64,000 bases of DNA from an uncultured Gemmatimonadales bacterium (GCA_963793305.1 CAWBZV010000003.1:736001-800000), one strand, 5' to 3'. Counted from the stretch's first letter, positions 41,354 through 52,148 are shown. The notes: generated by a model not told the origin, from the letters alone. Numbers and translations are program-made.

Positions 41354-42085
41354 TTACTTGGGGACGAATAACCGCGTGTTGACGATCTCGATCTGACGAC
41401 CCTTGTCGCGCAAGATCGCGCGCGAGAATAGCCGGTCCGTGATGTACGTGTCGTTCGAGACCAAGTACGTCAGCAGCGACGTCGACTTGTCGTCCAACTC
41501 GAGCAGCAAGATCGGTAGGTCCGCGTGACGCGCTGAATCCGACAACCGCACATACGCGTGCGTGCCGTCGTCATACACAGCGACCGGCGACCACGCGACG
41601 TGGCGGTCGGACCGCCAGCGATACGTGAACGACAACGACTCCGGGTGGAACGCGTCCACGGGAATGGCCGCGAGGAGTGAAGCACCCGAATACGAGAAAC
41701 GCACGCGGCGCGTGTACCGCACCGGCCGCCGACCGCACACCGGCGACTCGAGCGCGACATCGTACACCCGGCGATCCGTCGACACCACCAAGTTGGTTGC
41801 GATATCGCAACCCGTCGGCTTGATGATCACCACCGGCGTGCGCCCGACCGTCAGCGTCTGGTCCACGAGCCAACGCTCCGTGTCGCCGAGCGCCGTCGCC
41901 AACACCCGTTCACCCGCTTCGAGCTCGATCACGCAGGCGCGAAGCGGTGCGCACGTGACCACCGGCTGCGAGTGCCCGTACGGATACACGATCGCGTCAC
42001 CTGTTTCGACTACAGACGTATCCGCCTGCTGCGCCAACAACCGCCCCACAATCATTAGATGTGCAACCAGCGGCGACATCCGCAT
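41354..42085 (-). CDS. trbG: T4SS VirB9-like protein
   Basis: VYPYGHSQPVVTCAPLRACVIELEAGE, GDTERW, IKP, TNLVVSTDRRVY, VYDDGTHAY. Confidence 0.9.
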   Translation of the reverse strand: MRMSPLVAHLMIVGRLLAQQADTSVVETGDAIVYPYGHSQPVVTCAPLRACVIELEAGERVLATALGDTERWLVDQTLTVGRTPVVIIKPTGCDIATNLVVSTDRRVYDVALESPVCGRRPVRYTRRVRFSYSGASLLAAIPVDAFHPESLSFTYRWRSDRHVAWSPVAVYDDGTHAYVRLSDSARHADLPILLLELDDKSTSLLTYLVSNDTYITDRLFSRAILRDKGRQIEIVNTRLFVPK

Positions 42086-42733
42086 CAGGCCGGCGCCCCC
42101 ACCCGCGTCCACGTGATCGACGTGATGTACACACCCAACGGATTCCGCTCGATCGACTCCGTCGTCTCCGGCGGTGAAAGCCGAACACCCACATACGCTT
42201 CCCACGAATGCACCTCCGGCGTCCTCGCCGTCCACCGGATACTCCGTCTCCACCCACTGAACGCGCCACCCCGGCCCCGATGGCAACACCGCCGTCACCT
42301 CGGCCGTCCTCGTCATCAACCGCCCCAACGCATGCGGGTTGTTCCGCGGATCCGTGAAGTACGCGTTCAAGAACGCCGCCCCTCCCTGATCCACAAACCC
42401 ATACGCCCGCGCCATCACCTCGCCCTCGGCCACATCCGACGGCACAATCGTCCGCACCTCGCGCACGAACTCGGCGATCTGCGATACCACGAGCCGCGTG
42501 TCCGTGTGCCGCAACGGCTCGACCGGCCCCAACGCCCGCGCGAGACCGAGCTTGTCGACCTCCACGACGTACGGCGTCACCCGCGCCGTCAACGACAGCC
42601 GCACAAACCCGAGCGTCTCCGTCAATAAAACGGCGAGCAGTCCGAACGCGACCAGCTGCCAGTTGCGCTTCCCCCGAGCCAAGTTCGCGTACACTCCCTC
42701 GAACTCGGCCCGCGCCGCGAGCCATGTACTCAT
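42085..42733 (-). CDS. trbF: T4SS VirB8-like protein (frameshift near 42220)
   Basis: RNWQLVAF, TPYVVEVDKLG, WRVQWVE; C-terminus RNPLGVYITSITW in the adjacent frame. Confidence 0.88.
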
Positions 42734-43570
42734 AGGCCCTTGAGCGCCGCCGCCAGTGAGAAATCCTGTCGACGCGCGATCCACGACGAGCCGACCTCCG
42801 GCACCCGCGTCGACAGCATCGCGAAGATCAACGCGCCGCCCACCACCTGCCCGAGCGGCGAGCCTGGACCGAACAGCTGGTCCGCGCGAATGAGATCGAT
42901 CCACCCGCGCGAGAGCTCGCTCCCCAAACTCACCATCAAATACAACAGAAAAATCTTCACCCCGACATGCACCGCGTAACTCAAGAACCCCTCGGCGATC
43001 CCCGCCGTCCCCCGAAACGCCGCAAACCCCAGAAACACCACACCGCCACTCAGCACGACGTAGCTCTCGACGAGCACCAGCACGAGCTGCGCGGCCACCG
43101 TCACGTAGGCGAACAACACGAGACACGCCGAGAGCCCAGCGACGATCGCCATCGCGGGGTTCGAGAGCACGCCGACGACGTTCGAGCGACGACAAGAGCT
43201 TGCCGGAGAGCGCGACGCCGATGTCGATCACGTCCGAGGGGTTGACCGTGCCCGGTGCGCCGATCGCGCGCTCGCCCGCGGCCGCGAACCCCGCCACGAA
43301 TGGCGGCATCCAGAACGCGAACGACGTGATCAGCGACAACAGCACCGCCAACAGCATGAACTTGAGCACGAACCGCGCGGCGACTTCGTCCAACGCGTTC
43401 CGCCGAAACCCGTACACCAGCGCCGAGATCGCGACCTCGACCCCCGCCAGAATCGCGAACGTGCGCTGCGCGACCGGAACGAGACGCGCAAGCCAGACGT
43501 GCGAGGCCGCGGCGTAGGCGCTCCCGATCCCGTCCAGGATCTGGCCGCCGGCGTCAGTGGGGAGCTGCAT
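42730..43570 (-). CDS. trbL: T4SS VirB6-like protein (frameshift near 43185)
   Basis: Polytopic membrane protein; NPSDVIDIG, VLVESY, FLGFAAFRGT, VGVKIF. Confidence 0.82.
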
Positions 43571-44180
43571 ACGATACCAGTGGTCGATGCGCCGGCGCCG
43601 TCGCCATCGCCGACCAAAGCGCTCGCGCATTCTCATCCGACTCGGCCTGCGCATTCACCTGATGCGCATAGTACACCGCCTCGGCGCTCGTCTGCGCCGC
43701 CACGGCTTGTCGCAAGAGCGTGAGCTCCTGGGCCGTGTACACGTGGATCGTGTTCGCGAGCTCCAGCGACTCCTCGTGACCCTGCGAGGCCGCGACCTGT
43801 GGTTGGAACCGGTCGAGTTGCGCGGCCCCCGGCGCAACGGTCGATGACGACGCGCGGGCGCCGTCGAGAACGCCCGCCAACGTCGACAACGTCGAGCGCG
43901 AACGAGCACGATCGTCCGCCGGGAAATCGCGTGTGGCGACGGCACCCGGGAACACCGATGAGAACCGGCGACTCAAATCTGTCCCCGGCGACTGGGACGC
44001 GGTGACCGTGGATACCACCGACGATATGTCCCGCCACTCCGGAGACCTAAGCTTCCGCAACGCTTGCTCCGCCAACTTGATCTGCTCAACGGCCTTCACG
44101 ACATGCAGAACGTTCTCGGCGTAGTTCGTGGGGTCGAATACGGCGAGTTGAGCGAGTACCAGACTAAGACACAGGTGCAT
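43554..44180 (-). CDS. trbJ: TrbJ/VirB5-like protein
   Basis: AVFDPTNYAENVL motif after a signal peptide; ASQG...ELAN. Confidence 0.8.
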   Translation of the reverse strand: MHLCLSLVLAQLAVFDPTNYAENVLHVVKAVEQIKLAEQALRKLRSPEWRDISSVVSTVTASQSPGTDLSRRFSSVFPGAVATRDFPADDRARSRSTLSTLAGVLDGARASSSTVAPGAAQLDRFQPQVAASQGHEESLELANTIHVYTAQELTLLRQAVAAQTSAEAVYYAHQVNAQAESDENARALWSAMATAPAHRPLVSYAAPH

Positions 44181-46540
44181 CGGAACCTCCCAGCCAATGG
44201 TCGAGCCACGCGGCTCCGTGTTCGTGCATCGCTCGAGTTGCCCCGGCGCGAACGGCATCGCCAGAAGCCAGCAATGCGCGCGCGACGGGCCCAAGCGAGA
44301 GCTCGAACAAACGGCTGCCACGGGGCGAAGTGAAGTAGTAGTCACGCTTGGGCGCGGCGCGGGCGATCAACGAGATCTCGCGCGCCGTGAGGCCAAGGCC
44401 GGCGTAGATCGCGGCCGTGTCCGGTGAGGCGGCGTCGGCGTTCGGGAGATAGATCCGCGTGGGACACGACTCCCAGATGATCGGCGCCCCCGACAGCTGC
44501 GTCACGTTGTGGGCGACGAGAACGACGGCCGCGTTCTGTTTTCGGAGCGTCAGCAGCCACTGCTTGATCCGCGCGGCGAACGCCGAGCGCATGAGCGGTG
44601 CCCAGACTTCTTCGATCACGATCAGCGCCGGGCGACCGTCGAGGCGGCGCTCGACCTGGTGGAACAACGCCAGCAACGTCGGCACGAGCACGCGGTCGTC
44701 CATGTCCAGCAGCGATCGGAGCTCGAACACCGTGTAGTGCGACTCGCCACTCTCCGCGTCCGCTACGCCATCCAACACGCCGGCATACGCGCCGCCCTTG
44801 ATGTACGACACGAGCGACGCCACCACCGACGCGTCCTGCACCTGCCGCGCGAGCTCGGCCAACGTCCGATGCTCCGGCTCGCACCCGGCCAACAATGTCA
44901 GCGCGCGCTCGATCGCGTTCCGCGACCGCCGGTCTGACTCGCCGACCAACGTCTCGACCCACTCGGCGCACCACGCACGCTCCGCCGTATCATCGACATG
45001 ACGCAACGGTTGCAACACCGCCGCTACCCCGCCCGCCGACAGGTCCACGTGCCGCCCACCGAGCGCGTGGCACAACACCCACGCCGAATACCCGACATCG
45101 AACAGAAATACCCGCGCGTCCGGATACCGGAGAAACTGCGCCGTGAGCAGCCCGACCAACGTCGACTTCCCCGCACCCGTCTGCCCGACAATGAGCGCGT
45201 GCCCGACATCGGACACGTGCAGGTTGACCCGAAACGGAGTCGAGCCATCGGTCGCCGCCCACAACAACGGCGGGCTCTCCGGCGGATAATACGGACACGG
45301 ATTATGCGCGAGCCCCGGCCACGTGCTCGTCACCGGCACGAGATCCGCGATCGCCGCCCCACTCACCACCGGCCGCCGCACGTTCGGCGCGCCGTGCCCG
45401 GGCAACGTGCCCAGAAACGCGTCGACCGCGTTCACCGTCTCGATCCGCGCCCCAAACCCGGCATCACCAAACGCACGCACGATCGACGTGGCCACCGCAT
45501 CGGCGACCTGAGGATCGTCCTCGATCACCACCGCGATCGCGTTGTACACGCAAAACCGCGCGCGCCCGCTGGCGTTCTCCGTCGCCGCCGCGGCCGCATC
45601 GTGCGCCATCCGCGTGGCGTCGTTGTCCAACCACATGCTCTCCCGCGCCGACTCACGACTCGCCATCTCCTGCACCCACTCGGCCGCTCCCTTCCGCTTC
45701 TGAAACCACCGCAACTGATGCCGCCGAATCAATCGCGACGCGGTAGCCTGCGACAGCGGCAGAATCCGGTGCGACCACCGATACGCCGCCGGCAAACTCG
45801 CGATCGGCTCCAACACGCCGGGCGACGAAAGCTCTGGCCACCCCATCACCGCCACACACCGAATCGCCCGCCCGCCGATCGTGGGCTCGAACCCGCCGAC
45901 GAGCTCCTGCGTCGCAAGCGCGAGGTTCAAGTACACACCACCCGGCGGCGCGCGAAGCGGAGACGCCGAGCCGGTGAGACACCCATGCAGATGCGTCACG
46001 AGCGCGTCCGCGCCCAACGGCTCGAGCACGAGACGGTGCCCAAGCCGGTCGGACAACGCGCGCAACGACCGGCGATACGCGCCGAGCACCCCGTTCCAAT
46101 CCACCCGAGCTCCACGACGTCCCGAGAGCAACAACGCCCTCGCCCGCGAATCCGCCTCCGACGGCGGGAGCCACGAGACGCTCAACACATACGACGTTCT
46201 CATATCGCCGCCCCGCACTCGCGTACGCCGCCCGACGCTCCTCATCGATCAGCGCCGCCGCCCGACACGGAAACTCCCCCTGCGGATACGGCGCGGCCGG
46301 CCGCCGCACCGCGTCCAGGTGCCAACACCAGTCGTCCCCATACGCCAACAGCGCGTCGTTGAACGTCCGCGACAACGCCTCCCGCTCGGCGTCACTCGCC
46401 GCCGTCACATCCGGCCCGTGATAGCTGAACGCCGAGAGCAGCGCGCCGTCTTTCTGCAAGATCACGCCGTCGTCCACCATGAACGCCCAGTTCAGGAGAT
46501 CGGCGACGCCTTGGGGTCTCGAACGATGCTCAGCGAGCAT
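44164..46540 (-). CDS. trbE: T4SS VirB4 ATPase (frameshift near 46220)
   Basis: ADLLNWA..DGVILQKDG, STPFRVNLHVSDVGH, GQTGAGKST, IEEVW, WLLTLRKQNA, ESCPTRIYLPN. Confidence 0.93.
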
Positions 46541-46796
46541 ACCCGTGCGGCGGATAGTAGTCCGCGAACCGAAGCGACCGGATGTACACCGCCGTAATCG
46601 CCGGATCGACCGCGGTCGCGCGCGCCATCGCCCAATGCACGCCACCGAGGTAGACGGCCGCAAGCGCGATCGTCGTCACGTGGAGCCCGACGACGATGAG
46701 CAGCCCAAGCGTTGCCGCGCCCTCGGTGATCGCCACCGCGGGCTCGACCCCGGCGAACAAAACGCTACGATGAAGCGAAGCGTGAATCACAGCCAT
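46530..46796 (-). CDS. trbD: T4SS VirB3-like protein
   Basis: IHASLHRSVLFAGVE, two TM segments, DP...VYIRSL. Confidence 0.85.
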   Translation of the reverse strand: MAVIHASLHRSVLFAGVEPAVAITEGAATLGLLIVVGLHVTTIALAAVYLGGVHWAMARATAVDPAITAVYIRSLRFADYYPPHGYAR

Positions 46797-46834
46797 GCAG
46801 AGTTCACAGTAGTTCGCGATGCGCCGACCCCGCG

Positions 46835-47137
46835 CTACACCGTCGCCCCCGCAAACTGCAGCAACCCCACGATCTGCACCGCCCCAAACATGAGCGCAAT
46901 CGCGAAGATGGCCTGCCCGATGCGCCGCGCCCCTTCCTCGTGCCGCGTAAACCCCCACACGACACCGCCGATCACGAGCATGAGCCCCGCCATGACGCGC
47001 GCCGTCGGCCCCGTGAGGTTCGCCAGCAGCGTCGAGAACGGCGCGTTCCACGGCATGTCCGTGCCGCCCGTACCCGCGTGCGCGAGCCGCGGCCACAGCG
47101 ACAACCACAGCGCGATCAGGGAAAGTCGAGCTCGCAC
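46835..47137 (-). CDS. trbC: T4SS pilin VirB2-like
   Basis: AHAGTGGTDMPWNAPFSTLLANLTGPTA plus hydrophobic hairpin. Confidence 0.9.
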   Translation of the reverse strand: MRARLSLIALWLSLWPRLAHAGTGGTDMPWNAPFSTLLANLTGPTARVMAGLMLVIGGVVWGFTRHEEGARRIGQAIFAIALMFGAVQIVGLLQFAGATV

Positions 47138-48075
47138 TGGTCCTCCACCGGATCGATGATGAACCGCCCCGCCTCATCCAGCCCGACCACTCGGACGAGG
47201 CTCTTCACTCGCCGCCCCGGCCCCATCATCACGATCCAGTCCACCGCCTCCACGATGAGCGCGGCCTGCGATGGCACGTTCGCCCGCTGCGCAAGCCGAT
47301 CGAGCCGCGCCAGCGCCCCCGCGGGCGTCATCGCGTGCAGCGTCGCGACGCCGCCCGGATGCCCGGTCGCCCACGCGTCGAGGAGATCGAGCGCGGCCTC
47401 GTCGCGCACCTCGCCGACGATGATCCGGTCCGGACTCGCGCGGAGCGTCGCCTTGACCAGCTGCGCGAGCGTCCCGCCAACCGGCGTCCTGAGCGCCAGA
47501 TGATCGTCCGCCACGCACTGGAGCTCGGCCGTGTCCTCCAAGATCACGATGCGCTCGGACGGGAAGATCGCCGTGATCTCGTGGATGACGGCGTTGGCGA
47601 ACGTCGTCTTCCCCGAGTTCGTGCTGCCGCACACGAGAATGCTCTCGCGACTCCTGATCGCGGACCCGAGTCGCTGGCGATGCGCCGGCCACAGCGCCAG
47701 GCGCGCCACGTAGTCGTCGAGCCCGTACACGATCGCCGGTGGCTTCCGAATCGTGAACGCGGGCTCACGCGTCACCGGCGGCACGAACCCTTGCAGCCGC
47801 GCCCGCCGGAAGAACTCGTCCGGCAGCGTCGTCTGCAGGAACGGCGACTCGGACTTGAGCAACACGCCCTCACGCGCGGCGGCCGCGTTCAAGAACATCT
47901 CGACCTGCTCACTCTCGAGCGTGCACGGGAACGACGTGCGCCCGGCCGAACGCGTCTCGAGCCGCACTTGATGGTCGTGCGGGTTGACGTACACCTCGGT
48001 CACGTCCGGGTCCGTCAATGCGCCCGCTATCACCGGCCCGAGGTGCCGGAGCAGCGGTTCAGCTTCGTCGATCAC
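47116..48075 (-). CDS. trbB: P-type conjugative transfer ATPase
   Basis: DPDVTEVYVNP, FTIRK, GSTNSGKTT, LEDTAEL, LRASPDRIIVGEVR, WATGHPGG. Confidence 0.95.
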   Translation of the reverse strand: MIDEAEPLLRHLGPVIAGALTDPDVTEVYVNPHDHQVRLETRSAGRTSFPCTLESEQVEMFLNAAAAREGVLLKSESPFLQTTLPDEFFRRARLQGFVPPVTREPAFTIRKPPAIVYGLDDYVARLALWPAHRQRLGSAIRSRESILVCGSTNSGKTTFANAVIHEITAIFPSERIVILEDTAELQCVADDHLALRTPVGGTLAQLVKATLRASPDRIIVGEVRDEAALDLLDAWATGHPGGVATLHAMTPAGALARLDRLAQRANVPSQAALIVEAVDWIVMMGPGRRVKSLVRVVGLDEAGRFIIDPVEDQCELDFP

Positions 48076-48130
48076 TCTAGCCTCCTGTCGAATGTCCCTA
48101 CTTCATACGACAGGGCTCCCCTCGAATTAA

Positions 48131-48749
48131 TCAACGGACCTGAACCGTATCCCCCGCATGCAGCAACCGGCCGGGCGCGACCAGCACGGTCCCTTCTTCG
48201 ACCGACACTCGTACCGTTGGCTCCCAAGGGTTCGCGCGCACCGTGAATATCGTGCCGACCGCGGTAATCGTCGCGTCGCCCGCGTGCACTTGGAAGGGAT
48301 GCGCGGCATCGGGCCGCACCAGGAACCGCGCCTCGCCTTCGAGATCGACCACGCGTGGTGGACGGAAGAACGACACGCGATAGCGCACACGCGCGAGCGG
48401 TTCCAGCACCGCGCGCGAGCCATCCGGCAGCCGAACCGTCGCTGGGCCGAGGTAGCGTTCATCGACATGCGCCGCGATCACCGGCGCGACACTCAGGTAC
48501 GTCACTATGCCGAACACGAGGAGCGCCGCTACGCCAACGATCACTTCCAGTCGACGCAGCGTCCGACGCACCGTGAGACGCGCCGTGAGCTCCCCCCATC
48601 CCTGATCGACGTTCGAGCGCCGGTGCCGGTGGCAGCGCGCTCTCGGCCAACGCCAACAATCGCGCGGCACGCTCGCGCGCGGGATCGCCTTCGATCTCGC
48701 CCGCGAGCACCTCGAGGTACTCGGCGTCGTCGCGCGGCAGCTCGGTCAT
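48131..48749 (-). CDS. FecR-family anti-sigma (short; frameshift near 48615)
   Basis: MTELPRDD start overlaps the sigma stop; TM; VRLPDGSRAVL, VDLEGEARFLV, AVGTIFTV, VSVEEGTV. Lacks the usual C-terminal domain. Confidence 0.82.
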
Positions 48750-49321
48750 CGCGAGTCCAAAACCTTCGCCAGCGTGTCCGCCCACTCGGTATCGGCGAGA
48801 CCGCGCGCCAGCAGGTGGAGGGCGCGTGCGTGATGGCGGTTCACGGTGATCACCGAGAGTCCGAGTGCCGTGGCAATGGCCCGCGTGTCCAGGCCATCCA
48901 CGTGGTACAGGAGATAGACTTGGCGGCATCGCTTCGGCATCGCCTCGATAATCGACGCGACCCGTTCCTCGAGCTCGCGAACCACGGGACGGTGCGGCCC
49001 GGAGTTGTCCACCGTTGGCTCCCATTCAGACAGTGGGGGGTCGATCGCTCGCCGGCGCTTGACCCCCAGTTCCGGGGCGCGATTGTTGACGGCGCCGAAC
49101 AGGTAACTCGAGAGGCTATCGCGCACCGACCAGCGCTCGCGCGAGCGCCAGAGGGCCAAGAAAACGTCCTGGACCAGCTCCTTGGCGTCCTCGATCGCCA
49201 GCCCGCCAATCCGGCGGGCGAACTTGACCAGCAACGGCCAATACGCCCGGTACAGCGTCTCGAACGCCTGCCGGTCGCCCGCGCGGACCGCGGCGATCAA
49301 GGCCTCTTCTTCGCGTTGCAT
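48746..49321 (-). CDS. ECF sigma-70 factor (FecI-like)
   Basis: GDRQAFETLYRAY, AKELVQDVFLALW, MPKRCRQVYLL, IATALGLSVITV. Confidence 0.92.
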   Translation of the reverse strand: MQREEEALIAAVRAGDRQAFETLYRAYWPLLVKFARRIGGLAIEDAKELVQDVFLALWRSRERWSVRDSLSSYLFGAVNNRAPELGVKRRRAIDPPLSEWEPTVDNSGPHRPVVRELEERVASIIEAMPKRCRQVYLLYHVDGLDTRAIATALGLSVITVNRHHARALHLLARGLADTEWADTLAKVLDSR

Positions 49322-49334
49322 GTGACGTTTTTGA

Positions 49335-50639
49335 GTGCCGGTCGTATCCCGCCAGATGACCCTTGCGCGCGAAGCTGGTGGGTCAGCGTCTACTCGGCAA
49401 GATGGCGATGATGCGGTTGATCGAACGACGCGTCACCGCTGTCATCCGCGTTCCCGCGCCCTCCTGATCTGCCTCTTCCCCGCCATCACCGCATGCGCGA
49501 GGCACGCCGCGCCATCGCCGGGAATCACCGCCGCACCGCCTGCGGCGCCGGCCGCGTACCTGCCCGCGCACAACGTCGTGAGCGGGAGCCTCGCGCAACG
49601 ACGCGCGACGTTACAACGGGTGCTCGACGCCTACCGGACGCGGAGCGCCGTACCAGGCGCCGTGATCGCCGCGCGGTTCTCCGACAACACGACCATCGCC
49701 GTTGCCTCCGGCCTCGCCGATCGCGAGCGCGGCACAACCATGCCGGCTGAGGCACGGATGCTGGCCAGCGGCGCGGCCAAAACGTTCTACGCGGCGCTGG
49801 CTATGGAGCTCGTCGGCGAAGGACGGCTCAACCTCGACACGCCGATCACCGCGTATCTCCACGGCGCGCCATGGTTGCATCGCCTGCCCAACGTCGACCA
49901 CGTGACCACGCGCATGCTCATGCTGCAGACGAGTGGATACGGCTCGTATACGCAGGCGTTCTACGACGATCTCGCGAAAGAGCCCCTCAGACCTCGCGAG
50001 CACATCGAGATACTAAAATCGCTCTTCGATACTCCACCCAAAGCCGAACCCGGCGAGCGGTTCGAGCCAAGTGACCTCGACTACGATCTGTTGGCCGTGG
50101 TCGAGGAAGCCGTCGCGCACGAGAGTCCGTACGCCGAGATCGACCGGCGGTTCATACACAAGTTCGCGCTGCGAGAGACGGTGCCCGTGCACGGCCCGCG
50201 CGTCGAAGGGCTCGTGCCTGGATATCTCGGCGTGGAAAGTCCTGTCGGGAATGTCCTCACCAGTGACGGCACCTTGGTCGTGAACCCTCAATACGAGTGG
50301 GCCGGCGGTGGCTACGTGTCGACGGCCTCGGACCTGGCGCGATGGATGGGCGCATACTGTCGCGGCGAAGTGCTCTCGCCCAAGCTCTGGGCCGAAGTCG
50401 TCCGCGGCGTCGACGCGCCCGGTGGTCAGTGGGGACTCGGCCTCTGGATCGAGCACACACCGCTCGGGCCGGCGTATCGCGCCCAAGGCATGTTCCCAGG
50501 CTATCGCACTGAAGTGCGGTGGTACCGGGATCTCGATCTCGCGGTGGCCATCCAGGTGAACATCTCCGACAGCGACCCCCTGGCCGCCGTCCTCGACGAG
50601 GCGGCACGCGCCTTATCAGCTTCGCCAACTAACAGCTGA
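49335..50639 (+). CDS. Beta-lactamase/serine hydrolase-fold lipoprotein with degenerate catalytic motifs
   Basis: Lipobox ITAC; PGA, ELVGEGRLNLD, TTRMLMLQTSG, PGERF, WAGGGYVSTASDLARW. Start is probably downstream of 49335. Confidence 0.85.
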   Translation: MPVVSRQMTLAREAGGSASTRQDGDDAVDRTTRHRCHPRSRALLICLFPAITACARHAAPSPGITAAPPAAPAAYLPAHNVVSGSLAQRRATLQRVLDAYRTRSAVPGAVIAARFSDNTTIAVASGLADRERGTTMPAEARMLASGAAKTFYAALAMELVGEGRLNLDTPITAYLHGAPWLHRLPNVDHVTTRMLMLQTSGYGSYTQAFYDDLAKEPLRPREHIEILKSLFDTPPKAEPGERFEPSDLDYDLLAVVEEAVAHESPYAEIDRRFIHKFALRETVPVHGPRVEGLVPGYLGVESPVGNVLTSDGTLVVNPQYEWAGGGYVSTASDLARWMGAYCRGEVLSPKLWAEVVRGVDAPGGQWGLGLWIEHTPLGPAYRAQGMFPGYRTEVRWYRDLDLAVAIQVNISDSDPLAAVLDEAARALSASPTNS

Positions 50640-50660
50640 GGCCGGTCAAGATCTGTCCGG

Positions 50661-52148
50661 TTGCTGCCACGCCACGACATATTGCCAGGTGTGGAGAGGA
50701 GCGTAGGCGCTGATGTCGAATGGACCTATAACGTCCATACCGGCACGGTGAAAATGAGCGAGGCTCTAGAGACAGCGTTCGGTTGGTCTCCCGCCAGCGC
50801 TAAGCCCCGCCGTTGGTGGATCGATCGGGTGCACCCCGATGACCGCGAGCGCGTCATCGTCAAGACCGACGACATGCTGCGCGGCGACGAGAAAGCGTGC
50901 GGGCTGTCTTATCGGTTCCGACATAAGAGCGGGCAATACGTGCGCGTCCTCGACCGGTGGTCGGTCGAACGCGACGGCGAAGGTCGGGCAACCCGCGTCA
51001 CCGGCACCATGGTCAACCTGTCGATGCGCGGCGCGACGCTCGATGCGGCCCGACTCCGATTGGCGCTCGCCGCGGGCCAGGTCGGCACGTGGGACTGGGA
51101 CCTCACCACCAACGAGTGGACCCTCGACGCCCGCGGCCGCGCCATCCTCGGCCTCTCCGACACGGGCCCCGAACAGTTCCTGCGCACCGTGCACCCGGAC
51201 GACCGCGAGCGCGTCTCGGCCCGCCTCGGTCAAATCCAGTCTGACGCCGAAAGCGACTACGACGACACCTTCCGCATCATCCGCCGGCCCGAGGGCCTGC
51301 GATGGGTCGCCGTCAAAGGCAAAGTCGTGAGCGACGGCGACGACCGGCGGCTCCTCGGCACAATAGTCGACGTCACCGACCGGCGCGCGTACGAAGTCCA
51401 AGTCCTCGCGGCCGAGGCGGCGAAACGCAACGACGCCGAGGAGGCGAACAAGGCCAAGTCCGAGTTCCTGGCGGCGATGAGCCACGAGCTCCGCACACCG
51501 CTCAACGCCATCGCGGGCTACACCGAGCTCCTGGAGCTCGGCGTCCACGGCGAGCTCACCGATGCACAGCGCGAAGACCTCCGCCGCATCCGCCACGCCA
51601 GCGGCCACCTGCTCGGTCTCATCTCCGATATCCTCGACTTCACGCGCATCGAGGCCAAACGCATCGAGCTCAAGATCCGCGACGTCGAGCTCGACCCGGT
51701 GCTGACCGAAGCGTTCGCGATGATCGAGCCGCAAGCGCGGTCGAAAAACGTGACCGCGACATACACCGGCGCGCCAGGCGGCTGCACCACGAGAGCGGAC
51801 GCGGAGCGCGTACGCCAGATCGTCCTCAATCTCCTCTCCAACGCCGTCAAGTTCACCCGCGGGGGCGGCTGCGTCGCGCTCGGCTGCGAAGTGATCACGG
51901 CTGGGCCGATGCAGATCACCGTCACCGACACGGGTCGCGGCATCCCGCCCGACAAGCTCGAGGCGATCTTCGAGCCGTTCGTCCAAGTCGGCCGCGCCCT
52001 CGCGCCCGGCGAGCACGCCGGCGTCGGACTCGGCCTCGCCATCAGCCGCGAGCTCGCGCGACGCATGGCCGGCGATCTCACCGTCGTCTCCGTGCACGGC
52101 GAGGGATCGACATTTACTCTGACGCTGCCCGCTGGTGGAGACGCCTGA
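50661..52148 (+). CDS. PAS-domain sensor histidine kinase
   Basis: Two PAS/PAC (VHPDDRERV); MSHELRTPL, NLLSNAVKFT, DTGRGI, GLGLAIS. Confidence 0.95.
   Translation: MLPRHDILPGVERSVGADVEWTYNVHTGTVKMSEALETAFGWSPASAKPRRWWIDRVHPDDRERVIVKTDDMLRGDEKACGLSYRFRHKSGQYVRVLDRWSVERDGEGRATRVTGTMVNLSMRGATLDAARLRLALAAGQVGTWDWDLTTNEWTLDARGRAILGLSDTGPEQFLRTVHPDDRERVSARLGQIQSDAESDYDDTFRIIRRPEGLRWVAVKGKVVSDGDDRRLLGTIVDVTDRRAYEVQVLAAEAAKRNDAEEANKAKSEFLAAMSHELRTPLNAIAGYTELLELGVHGELTDAQREDLRRIRHASGHLLGLISDILDFTRIEAKRIELKIRDVELDPVLTEAFAMIEPQARSKNVTATYTGAPGGCTTRADAERVRQIVLNLLSNAVKFTRGGGCVALGCEVITAGPMQITVTDTGRGIPPDKLEAIFEPFVQVGRALAPGEHAGVGLGLAISRELARRMAGDLTVVSVHGEGSTFTLTLPAGGDA

Noticed and set aside
41354..43654. 766-aa apparent TrbL-TrbF-TrbG fusion
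   Set aside because: Produced by two frameshifts; the missing TrbL and TrbF C-termini are present in neighbouring frames.
44998..46362. Long antisense ORFs here and at 48158-49411, 50766-52178 and 62659-63909
   Set aside because: Arg/Pro-rich shadow frames opposite well-supported genes in high-GC DNA.
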